From: Phoronis australis
Lineage: Eukaryota; Animalia; Phoronida
NCBI GenBank assembly: GCA_002633005.1
Contig: NMRA01000335.1
Coordinates: forward strand, 186,001 to 250,000
Reading direction: 5' to 3'
Length of the DNA: 64,000 nucleotides
This document shows, piece by piece, positions 51,701 through 63,228 of this stretch. A program made the translations under genes and the position numbers. Under the pieces are notes generated by a model. That model made no database searches. It had not been told where the DNA came from and saw only the letters and a list, made by a program, of their open reading frames with translations. Numbering within the stretch: position 1 is the stretch's first letter; the number at the start of each line of letters is the position of its first letter.

Positions 51701-52444
51701 GGTCCTATAGAGCACGCGCGCATTGAGGAAGTAAGCCTAGTACCAGAGCACACTAGGAAACCGGGCTGTTCAGTCGTTGTAGTTGGACATCCAACCGGTT
51801 TCGCCATTCACCCTTGCTATCTTTTAAAAAGTTGCTCTAAGCTCCTATTGTGTGGTACAGAGCAATTATCACATTAGTAATGTATGAAGGTCAATAACAT
51901 ATTGGCTAAAATAAATTGAAATGTCAAGGACAGAAACGTATTTTTTAACATGTCTGGCTTCTCGTGAAAAGTTATTGTAAAAATCGTTCGTTCGCGTAAG
52001 AATACAATAAAAAGTAGCCAAAAAGCTGCGACGGGTTTTTATTTCTTGGCAACAGTTTTGAGTCTGTACGTGTTTACCTTAATCTATCCATTCAGTGTGG
52101 CAGATACTTGGCGCTTGCCTCGTGACATCGGATAAAATAACGAACGTGGCTCTTAACAAAAGAAGATTGACATCAAGGGTGTGAAATCCGCTGTCGTCTG
52201 GAATACGGTAATTTGGATTGCGAAAGGAAAACGCCACTCAAGGCCATTAGAATGACTCAGACGGCATCAACCTCAGAAGTATACTGTTTGATATACCACA
52301 ACTAAGTGTTATGCTCCACTAGACCTCAGACATTAGACCCAATTCGAATGAGGAGCCGATGATGCCGACGCTAGTCTTTGAAGCCCATCATGCAACAATA
52401 TGGAAGCCATTTGACTTTAAATAGTACACTCACATTATAAATGG

Positions 52445-52623
52445 TTAAACAAGTTGTCCAATAAGTACTAATACAAGACATAACAAAGGGTAGTGTGTGA
52501 GACGAATAGACGTCGACTCATCGTTGGCAGACTTGCTTTCGCCTGAACTAGGACTGCTATATCTGGGCCTCTTGGTCGATTTTGAGAACGTATTTCCTGT
52601 CGTAAACCTTGCGTTAGGTGACT
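52445..52623 (-). CDS. CUB-protein gene, last coding exon: Ser/Thr-rich stalk and hydrophobic C-terminus (..ANDESTSIRLTHYPLLCLVLVLIGQLV*)
   Basis: ATTATAG acceptor in the phase required by the 52879 donor; TAA stop; hydrophobic tail with no cytoplasmic residues. Confidence 0.75.
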
Positions 52624-52878
52624 CTATAATATAACCAGATAATTTATTATAAGAAACAATATTAATACGAGCACCATTAGATAACAACGATTGCGATGCA
52701 AATTACCGGCTATGGGGCAGGAGGTGTGAGCGACGATGGACGGTGTAAAAATGAGTGAGAAGGCACAATTATGCTATTGAACAAAGTCGTTGTACTTCAA
52801 ATCAACAGGAACGCGCTTCGTCACCTCCTTAGTATAACGTAACAATTTCTATCCGGTTTAGAACAAAAATCAACTTAC

Positions 52879-53075
52879 TAGGTTTGTACACGTAGTACAT
52901 CCAAACTTGATCAGCGTTGGACACTTGTCCGAGTTTGTTGACATATTTCACCGTCATTTGAGACGCCGTGGCGTTGAAATCTATGGTAAATCGACGTCGT
53001 TTCAGCCGCTCTTCACAAATAGTGTCCAAAAGGGTGTCGCCGTTGAAAACTTCAACGTATTCGTTACAGTCTTCT
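52879..53075 (-). CDS. CUB domain 3, second half (EDCNEYVEVFNGDTLLDTICEE...)
   Basis: TTTAACAG acceptor, A|GTAAGT donor, 197 nt; CUB-like C..YVEV..G....IC pattern; phase-consistent. Confidence 0.88.
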
Positions 53076-53094
53076 CTGTTAAAGAGAAACGTGT

Positions 53095-53237
53095 CATACG
53101 TAACACATACGTTACACATACGGAACACATACTTAACACATATGTAACACATACGTTACACATATGTAACACATACGTAACACGTGCGTTACACATACGT
53201 AACGCATACGCAAGTTATACGTACATGTAGCACATAC
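53095..53237. repeat. 11-bp minisatellite (GTWACACATAY)n
   Basis: About 12 imperfect units next to the acceptor of exon 53075. Confidence 0.9.
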
Positions 53238-55630
53238 AGCCTGTACTTGTTGCATCATAGCCCACATGACCGTAGCTAGTATCAATAACGCAAACTTCGG
53301 AAAATTTTGTCAGATATCTGTTCGTTTTACAGATCATGGACTGTCATGTGAATTGTACCTCTGGTCTGGTACAGCCAGAAGTCGTGGTGCGATACACACA
53401 GCAGAGATAATAACACAACTGTTTGATTCTTTTGAAAAAAGGATGAATGACACCTAACGTGGATATCGTTTGGGTATGTCACCAAAGTGTAGTAATATGA
53501 CACCAATCTATGAAAATTACAGTTAGGCAAATATTTAACGATGCTAGGTCTCATTGAAACCGTGAATATTTAAATTTGTAGCAAACCTTTCCTAGTGACT
53601 TCCTGGAGAACTGTGTGTACATGTATAATTAGGAAAAGAAACAACGTGTTAATAGATTGAAGCCTTACACACTACGAGGAATGAGCATTAATTGGTCGAA
53701 ATTAATTACGTAAATCGCGGCAACCAATTACAGCACTAATCATCATCCGTTACTTTAGTGTGAAAACTGGTCAGATATTGCTGCTCGCCTTTGCCGCGGT
53801 TTATGGTATAACAAGGAATGTCGAGAGGCTGCGTTTGAGGTTGTGACAACTTTGTACATGACCGCGCTGTAGCTCTTTTCACTTTCCCTCGGGATATAGA
53901 AGAGCGGATATGGCGCAAGTTTCTACAAGAAACTCGCGTGTTAGTGGACATGACACATAAGCGTTTGGTACGCACTCGTGTCCGTAGAGCGGCTAAGAAA
54001 CTTTCAGCTGAAGTCGCCTTTTTTCTTTTTTTTGAGATATCGAATTCATGATTGTGATATTGAGATATTAAATTCATGACTGTGATTTAAAGTGCAATAA
54101 ATTATTGTTTAACGATGTTGGCAATGTAGTCACTTGTCCAAGCAAGATAAATGGTAGTTTAATATCTTTCAATAAAACTCATCTAAAAAGACTCAAAACA
54201 AATTTCAGAGTATGCACAATACGAAAAAATGTCCAGAAACACCTTCAAAAGGTGACATTCGCCTCCAAATTCAAATCAACTAGTAGTAATATACTTGAAT
54301 AGAAGTGAAATTCCATGATTAAATTTACACCACTTTTTATTTCCGCTAGACGATTATCGATGGCATTTAATTCAGGTTATTGAGTAAATCAAAAGCATGT
54401 ATTACTATTTTACAGGCACTCAAACAAACATTTTGAAGGACCACTGCCATAATTATTTGAACTGCAGAACGATCACGTTCCACCTTAACGTTAAATGTGA
54501 TTCCACGGCAAAAAATAGTGCGGAATTCATTTCCACAAAACTCTATCTTCGCCATGTAGAGTCGTCCGTGACCAACGAATTCAATGAATACTCCATCAAT
54601 CGACATTTTTCTTTTTAACGGAGTGAGCAAATGCTGTAGAAATACCCTTAAATAACAAACAGAAGTAATTTCTGATGAACGTATGTAGCTACTGGTATTA
54701 GTACACCAGCTTTTCCCTCGAAATTTAGTTTCGCGTTCTACACAAAAACATCTCCCCATGGTTTCAAAAATTATGCCATGGTAACAGCGAAGTGTCTTGC
54801 TTGGCCAGGTGAAAAAGGTCGTTAATTTATTTTAAACAGTTCTACTTTTCGATGCGAAATTAACAAAATTAGAAGTTTTATGATTTTATGAAAAAGGTCA
54901 AAACCTGGATAAAACAAAATCGAAGTGATAACTTAGAAAACTGACGAAACAGCATTTTCGAGTTTCACCTCGAAAATTTTTATGAATTAAAATTGACGAA
55001 TGGACACCTTTTCAATACCCTCAAATTTGGAATGCTTATTTGGATAAACGTTTTGCTTAACATGTTGTTTCCTTGTCCAACTTTTCTAATTATCGAGAGG
55101 AGTCACTCCCTCCACATGTCCACGAGTTACGCTCGTGGGCGGTAGCCTACAAATCCCAGGGCTCTCTCCCATGAAATCCATACACGCTCCGAAAACACGT
55201 GTCAAAAGTTCAGAGGCGAGGGCTGTGTGGAGCATAGAGACGAGAATTTAAGAATTTGTAACGGGACTTTGACGATTGCTGGTTTGATGATTGCTGATTA
55301 ATTGTATAGTTTAAAACGGACTGTCTCGGGTTAAGTTTGCACCCGCTTTATTCATTAACGTACTCGGTACTGGCAGTCATTGGGTCTGGAGCATGGCTGC
55401 AGACACACATATTAGCAGGAAGACATTACCATGGTAATGACTTCCTGTCACCGAAATGATTAGTTGGGAATAAAAAATCTTAAAAGAAAAAACATTGATT
55501 CCGTTCCATAAGCAAATATTTCTAGTCAATAGTCTCGCGAGGGTCGAAGCGCAGTTCCACATTTTCATGTTTCCAAGCAATAAATCAAACATTTTCAAAA
55601 AGACAATACAGCCATTCGTGCAATACTCAC

Positions 55631-55823
55631 AGCAATTTATAAAACACCAGCGTCAGGGACAATCTCTCTTTTTTTCCAATTGCAAATTTGTAATAGCATG
55701 AAGTATTCGGCTGAATCTGAGAGTCGGGGGTATGAGCGTCTCCTTTTCCTTGCTCAAGATTTGTCGAGGAAAATGACCAATCACAAACAGTGTTCGGGGC
55801 ACGTGTTCCACCCGCGTGCGCAT
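55631..55823 (-). CDS. CUB domain 3, first half (AHAGGTRAPNTVCDWSFSS...PNTSCYYKF...)
   Basis: TTTTCTAG acceptor, CT|GTGAGT donor, 193 nt; phase-consistent on both sides. Confidence 0.88.
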
Positions 55824-55878
55824 CTAGAAAAGAGAAATACCGCAACTTCAACAGTCTTGTTTTAGAAATAAATGTTGA

Positions 55879-56439
55879 CCCTGTGAGAAAAATGACCCCA
55901 AAAACCATATTCAAACGTTGAAAATGACCTCGGGTCGTTTTCAATGGGGTCTAATAAAATGTGAACACCATGGAAAATCACCAATATGGACACCGTTCAG
56001 CAGATAAGCGACAGCTTAAAAAGTGTCGGCCAGTCAGTGAAATAAGGGCATCACTCGCGTGAAAAGTTGATCCTAGAAAATAGTTTACCTATTTAGTATT
56101 TCTGAGAGGAGCAGGCTTGACAATTAAAGAATCTCACACTCTGGGGTAAATGGTACGGGTGGGGTTGAATTAATTTTCCAGGTTGGGACCGGGAGCACGT
56201 ACTACTTCTGGACACCAAACCATACGCGATTTCTTGTTATAGTAGCTTTGTTACAAACGAAGTCGTTGAAAAAATGTCTTGGGTGTAAGCGGATACTTTT
56301 TCAACTAGCTGACAGAACGGTTTTCAAGAACTGCTGGGTCACTTCTCCACGGGTTGAAAGCTTTACACCTTTCGGTGAAAATTGACCTGGAGTCATTTTT
56401 TCTACGTTGAAACACACCCTTAAGTCATTTTCCACGGGC
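55879..56439. mobile_element. Old MITE-like element with degenerate ~60-bp TIRs and CCC...GGG ends
   Basis: CCCTGTGAGAAAATGAC...TTCAAACGTTGAAAATGAC on the left vs the reverse complement of the right end, CCCGTGGAAAATGAC...TTCAACGTAGAAAAAATGAC. Confidence 0.5.
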
Positions 56440-57176
56440 TTTGCGGTTTCTAGGGCCCCCTAAGCTATAAAATGTTTTAGAGCTAATGTAATTTGAGGTG
56501 CTGGATGTCCTTGCAAATTTACAAACCATATCTCCGTCCCAGGTCGCCACAATTTTTAATTCCCCAATCCCGGCTTCTCCGCCATCACAATTTTTGAGCC
56601 ACCAACCCCAGTCACCAAAATATTCACCCTCTCCCCTCCGATTCCTTATTGCTACAAGACAGATCTCCTACTTTATTCCGGGTCCCTAAGTTGTAATTTA
56701 TTTTGTTTAATGGATAATCCCGCAAAGAATTCGACACTTTCATTCTACGCAGCCCCCAAAGGTAGGAAGGAATGTGACAATCTAACGTAGCTTCATAATT
56801 TAACATACGCCACATGTGGTACTGTGGTGAGCAAGCTTGGTTTGGATGTCTGTGGCAAGTAAATGGTTAAGGAATATACAACGATTCGTATCCTGTTGCT
56901 TTACTAATACTTTGTTAACTTAAGTGACGTCATAAAAAGCACGTGCACGTGTGGAATGAATATTAATCCGTCGCAGTTGCAGAAACCTCAAGCGGCCATG
57001 GTCAAAACTAGTTACCCAAAATAGATTTTTTCAACATTCAATCAATATGTTGCTTCTTTCAGTTTACTAATGAGAAGTCAAGAAATGATCAACCTTGTAG
57101 TAGTTGTACAGTGCCACACCGACTCCCCTGGATGAGACTGTGTTATGAAATAATCATTAAGAGAGCAAGCTACTTT

Positions 57177-57212
57177 AGTACATGTACATGTACATGTACA
57201 TGTACATGTACT
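57177..57212. repeat. (TACATG)n self-complementary microsatellite
   Basis: AGTACATGTACATGTACATGTACATGTACATGTACT is a perfect 36-bp palindrome. Confidence 0.95.
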
Positions 57213-58188
57213 GGAATGCCCTCGGACCTAGAAAATGCTGCTGGTGCTTCTGTGAACCTACTGCAAAAAGTCAAGTACATTTCTAGCATTTTATGCTTGT
57301 TAGAACAACTAAGTCCAAACACGCTTTTAGAAACAGTAAGCTTTCATTGATTTTAATCCAAATTAATAGAAGAATTGGTGATATTTGAAGACATTCAAAT
57401 GGAACGCGCTCGTGTTTCGCTTTGAGAGAGGCACGTCGCTAGCGGTGAAATCGCCAATTTGATAGCATCGAACGTTGAAAGAAGTCCTATCTACTTATAA
57501 GGCGTCCTGTGATGAGTCTGCGAGGAAAATTATGGAAAGTAGTTAGATTATCGTGAAACATCCGGGACGCCGCTAACTATGGAAAGGGTAACCGGGAACA
57601 GGGAAGTCAAAGTTGGTATAGGCAAAGGCAGAGCTTGAACTCTCACCACCGGCGGCAGAAAAGTCACCACGGAATGAAACCTTTACTACGGAAAATCACC
57701 TATGTCACTGGCTGCAAATTTTTTACAATGCACCGCAACAAGTCACAAGTTGTATTATGGTGTAGTGTGACTTCGACAGGCTCAGTCATACATCATATAA
57801 GGAAAAACTGTGGATTCAAAAACTGCAGACTATTTAATCAAATCTTGAGTTTCATATTCGGGAAACTTACAGAAGACATAAAAACGTAATACTAAACACG
57901 TATTTTAACTTGTTTCCTTCTCGCGAACTACTGTCCAAGTCATGAACAGAATTTTCTCGGTTTCAAAAAACTGATATTCTAAAAGGAGGTGGGAAATTGG
58001 GAACTAACGGGGGCCGAAAATCGGGTGAGGAGTTTTTTGAGAACCATGAGAACAGAGTGAGTAAAACTGATAGCGACAGAGAAAGGACAACGTTGATGAA
58101 GTCGAATATGTCCGAGAGACTACATCCACACAGACTTGCATAAAATTGTCCGAGATAACAACGTATAAGTCAACTCTGCCATCCATAC

Positions 58189-58388
58189 CTTTCCAGCGTT
58201 CAGATATCCGAATGTTAAACCCATCGTATTCCCATAATGGCGATCCTGGTCCGCTTTCGAAAACCATGACAACAGCAGGCGACTTGGATATGACACGTGG
58301 TACGTCATGTCCACAAAATGATCCAATCAAGTTGCTCTTCGTGTCAGGGCCATCGTATATTGATAAACGATCATCAATGCAATTATTA
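58189..58388 (-). CDS. CUB domain 2, second half (NNCIDDRLSIYDGPDTKSNLIGSFCGHDVPRVISKSPAVVMVFESG...GF)
   Basis: Textbook CUB motif C..D.L.IYDG....LIG.FCG; CATTTCAG acceptor, G|GTATGG donor, 200 nt. Confidence 0.95.
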
Positions 58389-59041
58389 CTGAAATGGTAA
58401 AAACATTGCAAAATACTACACTACCACGAAGTGTTCTATCACCGCATTCTGAGCACTGTCTACCTTTGCAAGTGTCTGACTGTAAACCCGTGAAGAAACA
58501 TATTTTCAAAAAAAAAACGTAATGGTCACCGAAACGTATTGTGTGGGGTCAAGTAGAGTGGCCGGAAGTCTGAAGTCATGTGCCAAAAATGGGTTTTCTT
58601 AAAAATTGTGATTTCTCACGGATACCACGAAAACTTGAAAAATAACGACTTTAACATTCTTCGAAACGTAGAGGACGGCGAATGTCTAAGGGGGTTAGTA
58701 GAACCAACCAGTGCGTACATACATGTATACAGGAAGCTAATCTCACACAAACATTTTGACTTTTGTGGGAGTTGCAATGATCTCCTTGAAAAAGCAAGAT
58801 TTTTAATACACGATAACGTGACTCACAGGCACCTAACACTATTTTCTTGAAGGTTCTATATACGTTTCAGTGTCGTCAAAAATTCTAAAATGTACAGTTA
58901 GCGAAAAGAACATTTAGGAAATCTTTGGATTAACATTCTATGCGGCCAGTTTCAGCTCAGCGACGTGATAATATTTGTAAAGGCCGTAAATACTGTGTCG
59001 TCCACATTATGGTAAGAACACCTTGAGTCATAGTCACAAAC

Positions 59042-59225
59042 CTCTCTTTTAGATTGAACTTTCCTGCCATTCCATAACCCCCGAACTCCATTTCGATGCG
59101 TTCGTTCTTGGCGTTTGTCAGGAGGTAGACGCATTTCGTGTTGGGCGGATACAACCCGGGCCATCCGGGAGAATACAGCTTGCAATGGCGTTTACATTCA
59201 TCAACCGGTATTATCCAGTCACAGT
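59042..59225 (-). CDS. CUB domain 2, first half (CDWIIPVDECKRHCKLYSPGWPGLYPPNTKCVYLL...)
   Basis: CUB SPGWPxxYPxNxxCxY motif; TTTTCAG acceptor, AG|GTTTGT donor, 184 nt. Confidence 0.93.
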
Positions 59226-59278
59226 CTGAAAATATAACCGTCGCTGATGTTTGAACGACAAAATCATCTTACAGTAAG

Positions 59279-59519
59279 CATGCACGCACCCAGACTTAAA
59301 ATGGTGGGGCTCGAATTTTTGAGAATGTGGACTTTTCCCTAAAAGAAAGATTCACGGGTTACGTTCAGAGCTATGAATTGTGCATTCGCCGAATGTTGGT
59401 AGTTCCTGCCTTTTCAGTGGGCTTTTGTCTCTTTTTATATTTTTTTCGGAGTTTTTGTTTCTGTGTCCACTTCGCCAAATAAAGGGGCTCGTTCGATCCC
59501 CCCCTGGGGGGCGCGCATG
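59279..59519 (+). mobile_element. CATG-terminated MITE, family A
   Basis: CATGCACGCACCCAG...GTCCACTTCGCCAAAT...GCGCGCATG; homologous to 11109-11365. Confidence 0.7.
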
Positions 59520-60597
59520 GTCAAAAATTACCCATAAAAGTCAGCAAAATATGCTATAGATTTCGGAGACCAGTGGGCATTTCAAAGAACGCCCGAACAA
59601 GATGCTGTCCAAGCACCAGAATATTGGTTTAATGACGTCACTTTTGGAAGGCAGCGTGAAAAATGTACACATACATGACATAACAAACACCATGTCTTTC
59701 TGGAACGACACTCGGGAGTGGAGATGGAGTATATCCGAATCTACAACGAAGTAAATTGCCTCCCACGAGAGCATAATAAGCACAAGTAACAAGTCTTTGA
59801 AGTCTCACATTTCGGATGTTATTGACGCGGAAATGTCAATCTCAGCGCTGACTTAAAACAGATTATAAACCTTCTTTGAACTTTTATTTTTGCTTCATCG
59901 TTGCACTATTTTACAGGAAGCCTTCGTTTCCTTCAGCCCTGGCCTTGTTGCAGAATTGTAAAACGGTGTAGATAATCTTTATCCATCCCCGGTGTTATGG
60001 TTGAACAAGATATTGCAAAATTAGCGATGTCACTATAACGTACCAGACTAATTTCGGACTGCCTTATAGTAACTGTTTGACTACGACAAAAATGCAAGTT
60101 CCAAATTTACAATTATACGATCGGGAAATTTGCCACGTGATCTACCACGTCACGGGTAGCCATTATTTGCAGCACATGATTGGCTTTTCGACGGTTCCGC
60201 CGGGTCGGCAACCGGTTAAAACATGACGGATACCATTCCCCAGCAGCAACAATCTCATTGATACCATTGTCAGTGCCGGATACAGCTTAGGACCCCCTAG
60301 AAATTAGGTGCCCATTCTCGTAGCCACAGAGGACCCTCGGAAGTGGTGTCGGCTTGGAGGTGAGCGGTATTGCATTGACCGAGCGCTTTCGCTCGAAAGC
60401 TGTGACCTTCGGGGGGAGGGGTTAGCTGGAAGCCTGTGGCGATCGGGTGGATAGAAAATTGTGATTGTAACGCATACGAAGTTATCAGGACAACAAGAAA
60501 CCTAAATCCGGCATAGACGTTTGTCAGATAGGCTGTGCAACGACCAAGAGCTTGTGCAACTCTTTGTGCAAGTTCCGTATAGTGAACGTGTTCTCAC

Positions 60598-60669
60598 GTG
60601 TATTACTCTGCTTCCCGGGACCCTCTTCTGTTGCTCCGTATGTTAGCATTCTTGTTTGAGTGCTGTTCC
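60598..60669 (-). CDS. 72-nt linker exon between CUB1 and CUB2 (NSTQTRMLTYGATEEGPGKQSNT)
   Basis: TTCATTGCAG acceptor, C|GTGAGA donor; symmetric phase 1/1. Confidence 0.6.
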
Positions 60670-60867
60670 CTGCAATGAAAGAGAAAGTTGTAAAGTTGAG
60701 TACCTCACCGCCTCATTTGGATTGCTTCTGGGCTCGAAGATCTACCCTAATGCTAATCGATTGTTCTTCATCGGAGGTACTTCATTGGTCCTCAAATATT
60801 GAGTTTTGAAGTTAATGTGACTACCCTCCGTACATGGAAAATTAGCTAAATCCGATTTTGGCCAAAT

Positions 60868-61427
60868 AATAGAAAGAATTTAAAAAATCAGCGCAACTAC
60901 GCAAATTTTTATGTTCAAAGTTTCGCTTTCAGTAATCGCTAAAACATTACCAAGACAATAAACCAATGTACAATAAACGTGTCAAAAACTAAACTAACTG
61001 AGTAAACAACAGGTATACTCAAACACAGCAAATTACCATACAGCCAAGGCAACAGAGCTCTGCTGCTGATTGCCGGAATGAGCAGCTTTGTTAACCTGAA
61101 TGGCCAAAGACTCTTTAATATAGAACTTAGCTCCGTTACATGTCTTTGAGACCAACCCACGCAGCAAAGATAAGTTCAATATCAAAGAGCCTTTGGCCAT
61201 TCAGGCTAACAAAGCTGCTCATTCCGGCAATCAGCAGCAGAGCTCGGTTGTCTTGGCTCTATGGTTCTTTGCTGTGTTCGAGTATATCTGCTATTTGGCT
61301 CAGTTAGGTTAGTTTTTGACATGTTTAGTATACATCGGTTTATTGCCTTGGTAATGTTTTAGCGACTAAAGCGAAACGTTGAATATAAAATTTGCGTAGT
61401 TGCGGTGATCTTTAAATTTCTTTCAAT
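60868..61427. repeat. Long intronic palindrome: ~260-bp arms, ~41-bp loop
   Basis: 60868-61129 is the reverse complement of 61171-61427, with a perfect core GAGCTCTGCTGCTGATTGCCGGAATGAGCAGCTTTGTTA. Confidence 0.92.
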
Positions 61428-61909
61428 AGAAAATTAGAAACAAATACATTTCGAGGATGAGCTAAAATGCCTTGACGTGGCGAGTTTATTCGCAGGCGAA
61501 AAGTTTGCTCACCTGCCATAACCGTCGACGCCAAGGTGGTTTGGTAGTTCAGACGCTCAAATTTGGGTAAAATGAGGATTTATATGAAACGGGTTTCAAT
61601 TGTATGAATGGCAAATAGCTCAAGCAATTTTCGCGCGAAAATGGTATTACATGTTATCAGAATAGTAAACATAGTCAATATTACATCATGCATGCACAGT
61701 TGTCTTAGAAACTTTGATTGAAAATGAAGTCGATTGCCTCTCTGACTTACATGTATGGGTAACGTCAATTTAGCTATAGCACTTAGTATGCTGGAAAACG
61801 ATTTGCCATTTTCCATGGGATAAAGTCGATCATTTGTTAACGTACCAAGTCAATATTATAAGAGTGACATCGATTTGCCGCCTTGTAAAAACAATTTAGT
61901 AGTCCTTAC

Positions 61910-62112
61910 TCGTGTTCATCACTCTAACTTGTGCTTTGAAGCCTGACTCTGGCTGAAGACTATCTGTTTGAAATTCAATAAGTGACATGGGTTTGATAGT
62001 CACTCGTCTTGCTTCGAGGTCTTCTACAGAGCCACAGATGGACGTTGGCAGGGGCCACCTAGCGGGATTTTCACCATCGCCGTCATGTATAACCAGACTA
62101 CCAAGAAGGCAG
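61910..62112 (-). CDS. CUB domain 1, second half (CLLGSLVIHDGD...SICG...IEFQTDS...SGFKA)
   Basis: TTGTAG acceptor, A|GTAAGG donor, 203 nt; CUB F.TD.S....GF.A ending; absent from the ORF track but phase-consistent. Confidence 0.9.
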
Positions 62113-62723
62113 CTACAACATTACAGATACACGTAGTTAGAGTGAAACCCACATATAATTCCAAGAGTGCTTTAAGGGCATTTCATTTGTAAAGTCACTC
62201 GCCTTGATTTCAGCAAATGTTCTTTACTTTAGTGTTCCTTGCTCATATTACAAATGACTTCTGATAATAACTGACAGCTATTTCGTGAGATCAACGTCGA
62301 TAAGCTGGCGTGTTAGGGCTGCTTTCAAATATTATCTAACGTCCGTTCTTTCTGTAGCTTCGATAACCATTAGTTAACTGAATAAGGAAAAGCTTGAAAT
62401 CAACTTTTTAGCAGTAAGTGATGTCAAAAAAGTTTCTTTGAAGGTCGAAAACGGTCTTAATATAGCTTCAAAGAGTTCACTTCAACAAAAGTGTTAAAAA
62501 AACAGAGCATGTACTCAGAAGATGTGCTCAGCCTACAAACAAGAGGACCATGCGAGCAACTGAAATTGAAGAGGAAGTCGCCCAAATGTATGTCTCCAAC
62601 TCCAAAGCAAAATTTGTTTTTAAGTTAGGTAAACATGATATTAAGATTACAGACGAAAGGGTTCATATGAAGCTGAATGAAATATGCAGCAAAAAGTCGC
62701 GGAGAGCAATCAAAGAAAACGCT

Positions 62724-62812
62724 CACACACACACGCGCGCGCACGCACATACACACATACACACACAAGCACGCGCGCGCACACACACACACACAAACAC
62801 ACACACGCACAC
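62724..62812. repeat. Compound (CA)n/(CG)n microsatellite
   Basis: CACA runs interrupted by CGCGCGC. Confidence 0.95.
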
Positions 62813-62854
62813 ATAACCATTACAAAACAAATTTATTTGTAGTTTATATCCCAC

Positions 62855-63044
62855 CTTCTGCTGTTATTTTCGTAGTAACCCGCGTTTATTTTCGTGACGG
62901 TCACGTCTACACGCTGGTTAGGTCCAGTGATGAATTTAAACCAGCACGAAAACCATTGACCAACCATGGTTGCAGGAACAACCGGAAGTTCTAGGTTGAC
63001 CACGGTCTCCGTGGATAATTTGGCCCACGTCTTGTTGCAAAGAC
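62855..63044 (-). CDS. CUB domain 1, first half (LCNKTW...FSCWFKFITGPNQRVDVTVTKINAGYYENNSR); upstream exon(s) not identified
   Basis: CTTTTCAG acceptor, AG|GTGGGA donor, 190 nt; phase joins 62112. Confidence 0.85.
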
Positions 63045-63228
63045 CTGAAAAGAGTGTAGTAGATAAAAGNCGCTGGTTAGGTCCGGTGATGAATTTAAAC
63101 CAGCACGAAAACCATTGACCAACCATGGTTGCAGGAACAACCGGAAGTTCTAGGTTGACCACGGTCTCCGTGGATAATTTGGCCCACGTCTTGTTGCAAA
63201 GACCTGAAAAGAGTGTAGTAGATAAAAG
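62912..63228. other. Haplotype duplication across N63070 (repeats part of the CUB1 exon)
   Basis: 62912-63069 equals 63071-63228 (158 bp) apart from one synonymous SNP. Confidence 0.88.

Noticed and set aside
54367-54759. 130-aa minus ORF with FCGNE resembling a CUB half
   Set aside because: The acceptor phase gives an immediate stop after exon 55631, whereas 55631 joins 53075 cleanly to complete CUB3.
60285-60470. GC-rich stretch with hairpins suggesting a ribozyme or other ncRNA
   Set aside because: I could not build an HDV or hammerhead core, and its reverse complement resembles 56570-56690 including a GGGTCC(C)TAAG end, so it is more likely a MITE fragment.
2252-62816. Most 60-140 aa ORFs in the supplied track
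   Set aside because: They are antisense or off-frame shadows of real exons, repeat translations, or random ORFs with no motif or splice support.
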